IMG/VR virus record: IMGVR_UViG_3300024978_000198
DNA length: 64,000 nt
Origin: a virus
Reading direction: 5' to 3' (one strand)
How positions within the stretch are numbered: position 1 is the stretch's first letter; each line of letters starts with the position of its first letter. Below are positions 48,474 to 57,029 of the stretch, piece after piece. A model generated the notes under the pieces. It did not search any database. It saw only the letters and a list, made by a program, of their open reading frames with translations, and was not told where the DNA came from. Made by a program: the position numbers and the translations under genes.

Positions 48474-49280
48474 TCACGCGGCGACGACGCTCTGCAGGTC
48501 CATAAGGGAGATCGGCTTGTGCAACAAGAAGCCCTGCACCTTGTCGCATCCAATCGCACGTAGCGCATCCTGTTGATCTGCCGACTCCACGCCCTCGGCG
48601 ACAACCGCCAGGCCGAGCTTGTGCGCCATGTCCACGATCGAGTCGACGATCACCCGGCCGCGCTCCGTCGCTGACACGGAGTCGATGATCGACTTGTCGA
48701 TCTTCAGCTTGGTGAACGGCAACGAGTAGAGCCGCGCGAGCGATGACTGCCCGGAGCCGAAGTCGTCTATGGCGAGCCCGACGCCAATGTCGCGTAGTTC
48801 GGTCAGGGTGGCAAAGGCGTGGCTTGCGTCGCCGGTAATCGCGCTTTCGGTGATCTCCAGTACAAGCTGCGATGGGCTCACCGCTGACGACTGCAACAAC
48901 TTCTCGACGGCGCCGACGAGATGGGGGTCGAACAGCTGAAGTGGAGCGACGTTCACATGCAGCGTGAAATCACTGTGACGGCGCAGCAAGCCGGACATCG
49001 ACTCGATGGACTGCCGAAGCACCCAGCCGCCGATCTCAATGATCGCTCCGGTTCGCTCGGCCACGGGGATGAAGTCGGCCGGTGAGATTCGGCCCAGCTC
49101 GCCCGAGTGCCAACGCAGCAGCGTTTCGACGCCTGAGATATCGCCAGTGTCGGTGTTGCAAATCGGCTGATAGTCGAGAAACAGCTCACCGCGGTCTGCG
49201 GCGCCGCCGAGCAGCTCCCCCATTCTGGTCTCTACGCCGTGCCGGGCGTCTCCGTGTGTTCGCGATCTCGACACCTTCAT
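48474..49280 (-). CDS. Stand-alone EAL-domain c-di-GMP phosphodiesterase
   Basis: YQPI, ETLLRW, HVNV, LEITES, IDDFGSG, KLKID, AEGVE, QGFL; class A motif at 49286-49315. Confidence 0.9.
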   Translation of the reverse strand: MKVSRSRTHGDARHGVETRMGELLGGAADRGELFLDYQPICNTDTGDISGVETLLRWHSGELGRISPADFIPVAERTGAIIEIGGWVLRQSIESMSGLLRRHSDFTLHVNVAPLQLFDPHLVGAVEKLLQSSAVSPSQLVLEITESAITGDASHAFATLTELRDIGVGLAIDDFGSGQSSLARLYSLPFTKLKIDKSIIDSVSATERGRVIVDSIVDMAHKLGLAVVAEGVESADQQDALRAIGCDKVQGFLLHKPISLMDLQSVVAA

Positions 49281-50194
49281 ACCGGATACATGTGCGGCGA
49301 ACCCGCAGCACCCCCGTCGTGCGGGAGTGGGCCGGCTGCCACCGAGCGAGATACGAGAAGCGCGTCGGGGCGCCAAACGAATCGATCCTGCACGTCAAGG
49401 CCCTGAGCTACGGCCACCGCCTCGGCAAATGCGGGAATGTCACATCCGTACCATGCTGAGCACCACACCGGGTTTGCCTCGATGACCGCCCATCCGGAAG
49501 TCGTCCACGCTAAATCAAGGCTGTATGCCTGGCCAGCGGGATGCTGCCGCGCGATCTTGATAGCGAAGTCGTCAGCGGCGTGCTGGGCGGACGCGGCGTA
49601 TGCCGGATCTGGTTCGGCGAAATCCGGATCCGATCGATCCCGGCCGTCCGGGTCAAGGTAGGAGGAGATGGACGCCACGTCGGCGCCGATGACAATGGCT
49701 CGGTACTCCCGGGTGATCGAGAGTCTGGTGTCGCCCATCTGAAGTAGTGCATCGTCGGGGAGGCCCGCGGCCTTGATGTCTGCGCGGAGCTGCAGTGAAC
49801 CCCGCCATTTCGCGGGGAACGAGTCGAGCTTCGCCTCCGCGAGCTTCCAGAATCCAGTCCTCGGCGACCGGTAGGCGCTCCGCGCAGACATCAGCGCAAT
49901 GAGGCGTCCGGTCGGGATGCCGGCGACGGCGAAATGAATGCTGGCTGCTGGTAGCCACGTCGGCCCCGGTGCGGCCAGCCGCAGCAGATTGCCGTGCACG
50001 ATCTCCCTGGCTGCGAACGCGGATGGACACCACAAAATGTGCTCCGGACAGTGGCCGACACCCGGCGGAAGCGCTGAAAGCCCGTGGTGTGCGACCACAG
50101 ACCAGCCAGCAGGAACGAGCGCCGCAGTAAGTTCGTCGACCATCCAGCGCCGCTGGGTCACAACATGGAACGTGCGCCTAGTTGGGCCCGACAT
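49277..50194 (-). CDS. ATP-grasp protein, R2K/DUF4343-like
   Basis: REYRAIVIG, YSLDLA, WAVIEANPVW. Confidence 0.65.
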   Translation of the reverse strand: MSGPTRRTFHVVTQRRWMVDELTAALVPAGWSVVAHHGLSALPPGVGHCPEHILWCPSAFAAREIVHGNLLRLAAPGPTWLPAASIHFAVAGIPTGRLIALMSARSAYRSPRTGFWKLAEAKLDSFPAKWRGSLQLRADIKAAGLPDDALLQMGDTRLSITREYRAIVIGADVASISSYLDPDGRDRSDPDFAEPDPAYAASAQHAADDFAIKIARQHPAGQAYSLDLAWTTSGWAVIEANPVWCSAWYGCDIPAFAEAVAVAQGLDVQDRFVWRPDALLVSRSVAAGPLPHDGGAAGSPHMYPV

Positions 50195-50201
50195 GAGACA
50201 G

Positions 50202-50648
50202 TCACCCCTCTCCAAGGAGAGCTGCTCCGGTGAGTTCGTAGTGGCCAAGAACGAACTGTTCGAAGCAGTTCCGCTGCTCCCCGTGCGCCGTCTCGTAGTG
50301 CACATCCACGATTCCGCCGCCAAGATCTCTGATGCGCACGATCGTGATTACCTCGTCGGTCCCGTCGCCAGCCCGTCGCCAGCGCTGTCCGGCCCTGACA
50401 CGAATGGCGTGCCGATTTGCTTCGACCTTGACGAGGTTCTGGCATCCGATAGTCATGGCGACGACCGACGGGATGGCAGCCAGCATGGAAATGCCAGCCA
50501 GCATGGAAATGCCAGCGCTCAATGCGAGGAAGTAAACGGATGCCATACACGCGACGCCGGCGAGTACGAGGGCAAGGCCTGCCCAGTCCAGCCGCTTGCG
50601 CTGCCACGGCGTTAGGTCGCGTTGTTGCCTCACCGGAAGCCGCCCCAT
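50202..50648 (-). CDS. Putative membrane protein
   Basis: Two hydrophobic segments. Confidence 0.55.
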   Translation of the reverse strand: MGRLPVRQQRDLTPWQRKRLDWAGLALVLAGVACMASVYFLALSAGISMLAGISMLAAIPSVVAMTIGCQNLVKVEANRHAIRVRAGQRWRRAGDGTDEVITIVRIRDLGGGIVDVHYETAHGEQRNCFEQFVLGHYELTGAALLGEG

Positions 50649-51403
50649 TTCGCATCTCTCGCCGCCTGTTTTGCGGCCAACTGCTCGACGGTGACCGGGT
50701 TGTCCGGGAACAGTCGCTTCAGCCAGGCTGCTTGCTCTTCGCGACTCTCAGGTGTGCGTTCTTCGCTTCGCCGGCGCCGGTGACGCAGCTCGATGCGGTA
50801 GAGCTCACGGGCGATGTCATTTCGCATCTGGTCCTGGCGATAGAGCATCTCCCACATGAGGCTCGGCAGCGTCGACTCCCAGACGACGGCGGCACTGGAG
50901 ATTGGGCCATCCGGAAGCACCCGGTCCCAGACCTTGCCGCGGCGTCGCCACTCGGCGCGGCTCACATCATCGGGTTCGTCGGTGTTATTCCAGTACGGGT
51001 ACGGCTCGGTCCACGGCATCGACCGGAACAGGTCGAGGTATTCGGTGCGGCTGGCAAACGGGATCGCGTACATGTGCCGCGGGTTCTTCACGCCGGGGTC
51101 CGACAGGTACGCGACCGAGAATTCCAACGAGAACATCGGATCTTCGCGCTGCTTCGACTCGGATCGCTTCTTGATCTCGGCATCGACAGCCCTAATGAAA
51201 TGGAGGTCGAGGTAGTCGCCGTCTTCCGGATAGTCTCCGCCACCCGGCCAGTCACCGAAGAAGCAGCCGTGCAGCGCCTCTGCGGTTGATCGGATGATGA
51301 GCCGGCGCCGCAGCGGAGCGACAGCTTGTTCGAGTTCACGGACGAGTACTTCCGGCCGGTACGATGCTGGGATTCGATAGCCCTCGTATACCTTCGTGCT
51401 CAA
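50630..51403 (-). CDS. Hypothetical phage-type protein
   Basis: MSTKVYEGYRI; YPYWNNTDEPDDVS...W. Confidence 0.75.
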   Translation of the reverse strand: MSTKVYEGYRIPASYRPEVLVRELEQAVAPLRRRLIIRSTAEALHGCFFGDWPGGGDYPEDGDYLDLHFIRAVDAEIKKRSESKQREDPMFSLEFSVAYLSDPGVKNPRHMYAIPFASRTEYLDLFRSMPWTEPYPYWNNTDEPDDVSRAEWRRRGKVWDRVLPDGPISSAAVVWESTLPSLMWEMLYRQDQMRNDIARELYRIELRHRRRRSEERTPESREEQAAWLKRLFPDNPVTVEQLAAKQAARDAKWGGFR

Positions 51404-51738
51404 TTGAGAGCGTCCAGTTCGCTGATCGCCTCGGTCAGCGCATCGAACATCGGCTTGTAGCCGTTTCTCTCAATCAGAGCGCGAGCCTCTTCGACGATTT
51501 TCATCAGGGCGGCAGAACGTTCGGCCCGGGCGATCTCAGGGTCGGGCTCGATCTCCTCGCCATCGACCGTCGAGTACCGCAGAAGCACATCGGCGTCGCC
51601 CATGTCGAAGTAGTTGCTGATATTCGGGGACAGGTCCAACTGGGCAGTAGCTATATCGATGGCGTCGTCCAGATTGTCTGCGTCCACCTCGATGGTCTGA
51701 GAAGCCTCGGCGGCGAAGTACAGCTGATAGTGCGGCAT
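51400..51738 (-). CDS. Hypothetical protein, paralogue of 38393-38875
   Basis: MPHYQLYFAAEASQTIEVDAD. Confidence 0.75.
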   Translation of the reverse strand: MPHYQLYFAAEASQTIEVDADNLDDAIDIATAQLDLSPNISNYFDMGDADVLLRYSTVDGEEIEPDPEIARAERSAALMKIVEEARALIERNGYKPMFDALTEAISELDALN

Positions 51739-51741
51739 CGC

Positions 51742-52026
51742 TTAATCCTTCTTCCTGGTGATAATGATCGATCCGGCGGCGATCGCCGCAGCGAGGATGA
51801 CTCTCCAGTCCGTGTATGCCACGCCCGACAGGCTCTGCGACATGGAGCGGTCCGCGGCGCCTTCTTCACCGCGGGCCCAGCGCATCAGGTTGTACTCGAC
51901 TTCCATCCGGTGCTGCCCGGATGTGTAGCCGAGAGCCTCTGCCCGAGACAGGCCGGCAGCCACATTCACGGCGTCGACGTTGACGCCCGGCGTTAGGCCC
52001 TGCCCGGTGATCGTTCTTGCCCTCAT
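51742..52026 (-). CDS. Small hypothetical protein
   Basis: ATG 5 nt after the class A motif at 52032-52061. Confidence 0.7.
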   Translation of the reverse strand: MRARTITGQGLTPGVNVDAVNVAAGLSRAEALGYTSGQHRMEVEYNLMRWARGEEGAADRSMSQSLSGVAYTDWRVILAAAIAAGSIIITRKKD

Positions 52027-52036
52027 ACTGGATTTG

Positions 52037-52109
52037 TGTGCGGCCAGAGCGTGGCACCCCCGAGAGTGGTTCCGTGACGATCTCGGGGGTGCCACGCTCT
52101 GGCCGCACA
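52037..52109. repeat. Perfect 29-bp inverted repeat with a 15-nt spacer, each arm carrying a class A motif facing outward
   Basis: 52037-52065 TGTGCGGCCAGAGCGTGGCACCCCCGAGA is the exact reverse complement of 52081-52109. Confidence 0.92.
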
Positions 52110-52119
52110 TTGTGATGTC

Positions 52120-54801
52120 ATGAGCGAGGAGAGCCACTGGTTGCCGGCGGTATTGGGGACTGCGAGCAGCGCCGAGACGGTGAAGAGGCAGGCTGCGTCG
52201 CTGCGGGCCGACCTAACCAGGCGGAAGATGCAGCTCTCCGCTGATCAGGAGCGCCTGAAGTCCGACTTGGAGCGGCAGCGCCGGGAGATGGAGGCAGAGT
52301 TCTCGCGGAAGCGAGCTGAGCTCGACGCAATGATGAAGCCGCTTGTCGAGCAGCTCAGCAAGATCACCGAGATCGCATTCACAGTGGATCTTTACCTGGG
52401 GCGGGACGAGACTCTTCGGCAGATCGCCGATGGTTCGCCCGCCACAGCTGAGACGCCGCTGACCATCCGGCAGCGGGTGCTGGTGATGTCGGAGGAGTCG
52501 TTGATCCTCATGGGCGACGGCGGCAAGGGCGTCGACTACCGCAGCGTCGACTCGTTCCTTGGCTGGGTCACCTCGGACCGCTCCCACATCGACCAGATCA
52601 TCCCTGAGCAGCGTGGCGTCGTGGTGCTGGTCCCAACGCGCGTGAAGTCCAACAGTGGCAACGTTTTCGAGGATGCTGCAGTGGACTCAGCTAACGAGGA
52701 GTCCTATTGGCTTCTCCGCAATGGCGAGAAACTGTTCGTGCTGACCGTGAGTGACGGACTGCGCGTCGAAGACAAGATCCTTCCGGACCGCGACGAGTTC
52801 GTCCGCATTTTCGAGGAGCGTCTGTTCGGTGTGCGGCTGTCCGACGTCGAGCCCGGCTCGGCCAGGTGGATCGAGTTGGAAAAGAGGGCTGACGCCCTCC
52901 GCCGGCACTACATGCGTATCCTTCTGATCTTGCAGGGGCTCATCGACCGCACCGCGGTTTGGCATCCGCTACCAGCCGGCGGCCTGTCCGTTCTCAGGCT
53001 CGCCGATCAGGACAGTGGCAAGGTGGTGCTGCAGCAGGATGCCGACACCTCCCGGCAGCTCGGCGACGGACGCCCCAGCTTCTCCGACTGGATCGGCGGG
53101 CTTTCTGCCCAGCTTCGCCCCGGACTTCGCGTGATCGGGGCTTGGAACTCGGCGATGGCCGATGGCGACAGGGTGACCCCGGAAACTGTGCGGAGCAAGC
53201 CTTCGCAGGACATCATCTACACGATCGAGGACCGACGCGACGGCGATCTGATCATCCGGTTCAAGCGCACCGATCAGGTGTGGCGGAAGAATGTGCCAGT
53301 GCCGGGCGAGCCGGGATACGTGTATCGCGAACGGCTCGTCGATGCGAAGAACCGTGCCTCGTACCGCATCCAGGTCGGAGACAAGTGGGTGCTCCCGATC
53401 GATCTCGTCACCGAGGCTGACCTCACTTATTACCTGGGTTCGCGTGACAACCGGTCAAAGTTCTTCCTCAGCATGGTTCCCGTGCTGAAGGCCGCGATCG
53501 CTGCGAAGACAGCAGAGTTCGACGAAGAAGCCTCGTTTCAGCAGCTGATAGCCGCACAGATCGAGATGGAGGGCACTGACCTGGAGGAGTCGCGAGCGAT
53601 CACCGAGGAGCTGATCTCCTGGTGGAAGGTTGCGCTGGCCAAGGGGCGGAAACTCCAGGGGGACGCGGCGCATCAGCGGAAAGCGATCGCGGAGATCCTG
53701 GCCGAGCACAGGGCTCGGAAAAAGGGATCCAAGAGCGCAGGGTTCGATGCTGCGATGGCCGTCGGCGGTGTCATCGCCGTGGGAAGGAAGCGCAACGGCC
53801 ACTACCTCGCGCTCGTCCCTGCGACGCCGGCGCCTGATCCGAACGTGTTCCTGCACATCACCGAGTTCACGTCAGGCGGGAAGAAGGTAAGCGCGAAGGA
53901 GTGGACGACACTCCCCCGCCGGTCGGCTTCGCTCATGCGGTTCGAGTACGAGACCGAGCAGTGGGCCGGGTGGAACACGGTCGCGAATCCGCGCAACTAT
54001 CTCACCGGACCGCAGAGGGACGAACTCATCGAGCAGATTCTTGACGAGGACAACCGGGACTGGCGTCTGATTTGCGTCGAAGAGACCTTCGACCCGTCCA
54101 TGCCGGATCAACGTGTTCTGATTTCTTATCTGTGGGATCTCCCGAGCATGCCGAAAGACACCCCGGCTGTCGTGGCGAGTAACGCAACGAGCCACTTCTA
54201 CCAGGAGGGCAGTTACGTTCAGCCAGTGAAGGCGGTTCGAAGGCGCGTCAGCGTGAGCGCTCGCGGGGAAGAGTCTTTCACCGCGAAATCGGACTTGCGC
54301 TGCCACTACGGCGTTCCGTGGAACACGGACGGGTCGATTCGAAGCGGGAAGCGAACGCCGTGGGTTGACTCCTATCTCCTGTCCGATGTGAACGACTGGA
54401 ATCTTCAGTGCACCAAGGCGGCCACCGACGAGGAGAACCGGAGAAAGGCGCTCAGTGATGACGCCTACCGGTACGTCAACGCCATCACCGCCATCATCGC
54501 CGACCGGGTCCGAGCTGAGGCTTACGAGCGGTTCGTCGAGGACTACGGCACGGAATCCCGCGATCTCTGGCCGGCGCACGAGAAGCAGCTCAAGACTAAG
54601 CCGATCCACCCCCGGACTATCTGGGGCGTCGTCGCGATCGCTCTGGAGCACGGTGAAGACGTCGCCGGAAGAACACTCGGGGAGCTAGCAGAATCAGCCC
54701 ACGCTAACCATCAGAACAAGGCGCCGGGTGAATGGCATCCTGACCGCGGCGCTCAGAACATGGGCGAGTTCGCCGACGTGGTCGTGCCCGATCCCCGGTA
54801 G
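52120..54801 (+). CDS. Large hypothetical protein with an N-terminal coiled coil
   Basis: 893-aa ORF; ATG 5 nt after the class A motif at 52085-52114. Confidence 0.85.
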   Translation: MSEESHWLPAVLGTASSAETVKRQAASLRADLTRRKMQLSADQERLKSDLERQRREMEAEFSRKRAELDAMMKPLVEQLSKITEIAFTVDLYLGRDETLRQIADGSPATAETPLTIRQRVLVMSEESLILMGDGGKGVDYRSVDSFLGWVTSDRSHIDQIIPEQRGVVVLVPTRVKSNSGNVFEDAAVDSANEESYWLLRNGEKLFVLTVSDGLRVEDKILPDRDEFVRIFEERLFGVRLSDVEPGSARWIELEKRADALRRHYMRILLILQGLIDRTAVWHPLPAGGLSVLRLADQDSGKVVLQQDADTSRQLGDGRPSFSDWIGGLSAQLRPGLRVIGAWNSAMADGDRVTPETVRSKPSQDIIYTIEDRRDGDLIIRFKRTDQVWRKNVPVPGEPGYVYRERLVDAKNRASYRIQVGDKWVLPIDLVTEADLTYYLGSRDNRSKFFLSMVPVLKAAIAAKTAEFDEEASFQQLIAAQIEMEGTDLEESRAITEELISWWKVALAKGRKLQGDAAHQRKAIAEILAEHRARKKGSKSAGFDAAMAVGGVIAVGRKRNGHYLALVPATPAPDPNVFLHITEFTSGGKKVSAKEWTTLPRRSASLMRFEYETEQWAGWNTVANPRNYLTGPQRDELIEQILDEDNRDWRLICVEETFDPSMPDQRVLISYLWDLPSMPKDTPAVVASNATSHFYQEGSYVQPVKAVRRRVSVSARGEESFTAKSDLRCHYGVPWNTDGSIRSGKRTPWVDSYLLSDVNDWNLQCTKAATDEENRRKALSDDAYRYVNAITAIIADRVRAEAYERFVEDYGTESRDLWPAHEKQLKTKPIHPRTIWGVVAIALEHGEDVAGRTLGELAESAHANHQNKAPGEWHPDRGAQNMGEFADVVVPDPR

Positions 54802-54826
54802 CTAGGGTTAAGCGGTGCCGCTTCAG

Positions 54827-55831
54827 TCAGCGATGGATGGTCACCGTCCGGCTCACCGGGTCCAAGGTGATCACCGGCAGGCCTTCGGACCGTGCTCGCT
54901 TGACGGCATGCACAGTTCCGCCAGTTGTACGTCTCTTGTCGTGCACGGCAACGATGACATCCGAGTCGCGGACGATGAGATTGTTCCGCCCGAAGAGCAG
55001 CGCCAGATAACGGTTGCGCGGCCCGCCAATGGCAGGGGTGACACCCAGCATCACGCGGCGGGACGCGGAATTCAGCGCGTCTTCGTACCGTTCCTGCCAA
55101 CTCGCCGGCCAGTTGGCCGCCTGATCGGGAAACGGCATATACGCCCATGTCGAGAGCCCACCCCTGTCCGCCGCCTCGGCGGCGAGAAGGTCGGCTCCCA
55201 TGGCCATGCCGTTGATCAGCGTGGTGGCACCATGCTTTGCGCGAAGCTTGCGGAGCACCCGATCGAGCTCTGACGACACCCAGCGCCTATCGTCCCCGTC
55301 GAGATCACGGTGCCCGGTCACTCCGACTCGAACCCAGCGCTCCGGTCCGTCTTCACGAAGCGTCGACCGGATCGCCATCAACAGCCGGCCCAGATGGTTC
55401 GCGCCCGGAGTTTCTCGGTGCTCGGGACAACTGCAGTCGCCCCAGTGGTTGTCGTGGTGGCGGTTCCCCTCTACGAGTAGGGCGTCACCGGTGGATTGAA
55501 GCCATGTTCTATGCTTGGTGCGGAACATACGTCGTTCTTCGTGTGTTTCTTTTCCGAATTTGGATCGCAGGATCTCGGCCATCGCCTCGTAGCGGACCCG
55601 CTTATCCCAGTCAGGGCGTAACGCCACCGATCTCCCGTATCGCTTCGCTTCCCCTGGCTTTGAGGTTAGGGCGATCTTTCTACGCATCTCGTCGTCGGTC
55701 GTCTTTGCAGCGGCGAAAGCGTGCTCAGCGGTCGGGTATTCGATGCCCTCGAACATGACCGGCGTCCAGGCGAAGTTGGATAGAAACGCATACTCTCCGC
55801 TGAACGACTCGATGATGTCAGGCACGCTCAT
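54827..55831 (-). CDS. NADAR (DUF1768) domain fused to a SLOG (YspA/DUF1273-like) domain
   Basis: NADAR FLSNF, AEHAFAAAK, LVEGN...HWG, NHLGRLLMAIR; SLOG VGVTGHR, GMAMGAD, RNNLIV, GGTVH. Confidence 0.85.
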   Translation of the reverse strand: MSVPDIIESFSGEYAFLSNFAWTPVMFEGIEYPTAEHAFAAAKTTDDEMRRKIALTSKPGEAKRYGRSVALRPDWDKRVRYEAMAEILRSKFGKETHEERRMFRTKHRTWLQSTGDALLVEGNRHHDNHWGDCSCPEHRETPGANHLGRLLMAIRSTLREDGPERWVRVGVTGHRDLDGDDRRWVSSELDRVLRKLRAKHGATTLINGMAMGADLLAAEAADRGGLSTWAYMPFPDQAANWPASWQERYEDALNSASRRVMLGVTPAIGGPRNRYLALLFGRNNLIVRDSDVIVAVHDKRRTTGGTVHAVKRARSEGLPVITLDPVSRTVTIHR

Positions 55832-56078
55832 GAAGCGCATCGCCGATCGAATTGGACGACTGAGCGGCGCCGATGAGTTCGTAGCGCCTGCGGAAGAATC
55901 GACGTTCGACATGGATGAGGCGCGATCCGTCACCGACCATGTTCGCCGCAACGTACGCACTATCGCGGGGTGTGCGCGGCGGGGAGACGAAGGAGACAAC
56001 CACATCGCGAGGCTCATGGCCGTACAGCTCGATCGAACGCCACAGTTGACCGACCTTGATAGGTACGCTTCCGCTCAT
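55818..56078 (-). CDS. Small hypothetical protein
   Basis: GGAGGA ribosome-binding site; class A motif at 56122-56151 upstream. Confidence 0.6.
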   Translation of the reverse strand: MSGSVPIKVGQLWRSIELYGHEPRDVVVSFVSPPRTPRDSAYVAANMVGDGSRLIHVERRFFRRRYELIGAAQSSNSIGDALHERA

Positions 56079-56169
56079 TTCCTCCGCCGCCTTCGTCTCA
56101 GTCGATCACGATTGACATGTTGTACATGTGCGGCGACCGTCCGGCACCCCCGAATCTGCGGTAAGCAGT

Positions 56170-57024
56170 TCAGCCGGCTTTTTGCCAGTCGATCTCCCCT
56201 TTGCCGGCCGGCGCGCCGGTGATCGACGAGTGGTAGGTGCCGTCGTCGAACCTGCGGATCTCGAATCGTTCAATACCCTTGCCATTCGCGATCTTCTCGG
56301 CGGCCGCTTTGGCTGATTTCGCGGAACGATGGACACTGGCTACCTCAAGTTGCCACTTTTCCTTCCCGCCGTCGAGCACGTAGATGCGCTCGGGCTCGCC
56401 TATCAGTGTGGTCCGAACGCCGGGAGTCGTTCTCCTGTCGGCGATGATTGCGGACATGTACCCGTCACAGGGCCACACCACACTGCTGCGGAACCTGCCG
56501 TGATGCCGCCACAGGAGCGCTGCCCCTTCTGCCGCCTTTCCCGGATGCAGCTTTGAGATTGTCGCAAGTACATTCGGGTCCGCAGCTAGCCGCGCCTGGG
56601 GCTCTTCGTCGCCCAGATCCGGGTAGTCGACAGCGAGGATCATGCGCCCGGCCACTTCACACGTTTCGAAAGACTTTCCAGCGAACGAAACGGGCCCACC
56701 GGGCTCGCGCGGCATCGAGATTTCGACCCAGCTGCTTGTAGTCTTCAAGGTCGCCAGTATGACAGCAACCGTTTTAAGCGAGAGCGCAAAGCTGGCAGTC
56801 ACATCATTGCAATCGCCGGCAGGAATCGAATCCCGGTACAACAGGTAGCTATCGGTGGCGGTGACGCGCAGCCGTGCGGTGTTAACGGATCGCACGAGAC
56901 CCAATGCGACGAAACGGAAGTCGTCGCTCTTGCCTTTGTCTCTCTGCCGGTTGGGTAGCAGTCCCGTGACCAGCGTGGCATTCGTGAGAACGCGTCTGAG
57001 TTCAGTCGATTCCAGAGCCAGCAT
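56170..57024 (-). CDS. Divergent sliding-clamp (Pol III beta)-like protein
   Basis: LRVTATDSYLL resembles the beta-clamp VATDGxRL motif; later LAVDYPD. Confidence 0.5.
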   Translation of the reverse strand: MLALESTELRRVLTNATLVTGLLPNRQRDKGKSDDFRFVALGLVRSVNTARLRVTATDSYLLYRDSIPAGDCNDVTASFALSLKTVAVILATLKTTSSWVEISMPREPGGPVSFAGKSFETCEVAGRMILAVDYPDLGDEEPQARLAADPNVLATISKLHPGKAAEGAALLWRHHGRFRSSVVWPCDGYMSAIIADRRTTPGVRTTLIGEPERIYVLDGGKEKWQLEVASVHRSAKSAKAAAEKIANGKGIERFEIRRFDDGTYHSSITGAPAGKGEIDWQKAG

Positions 57025-57029
57025 GTGGG

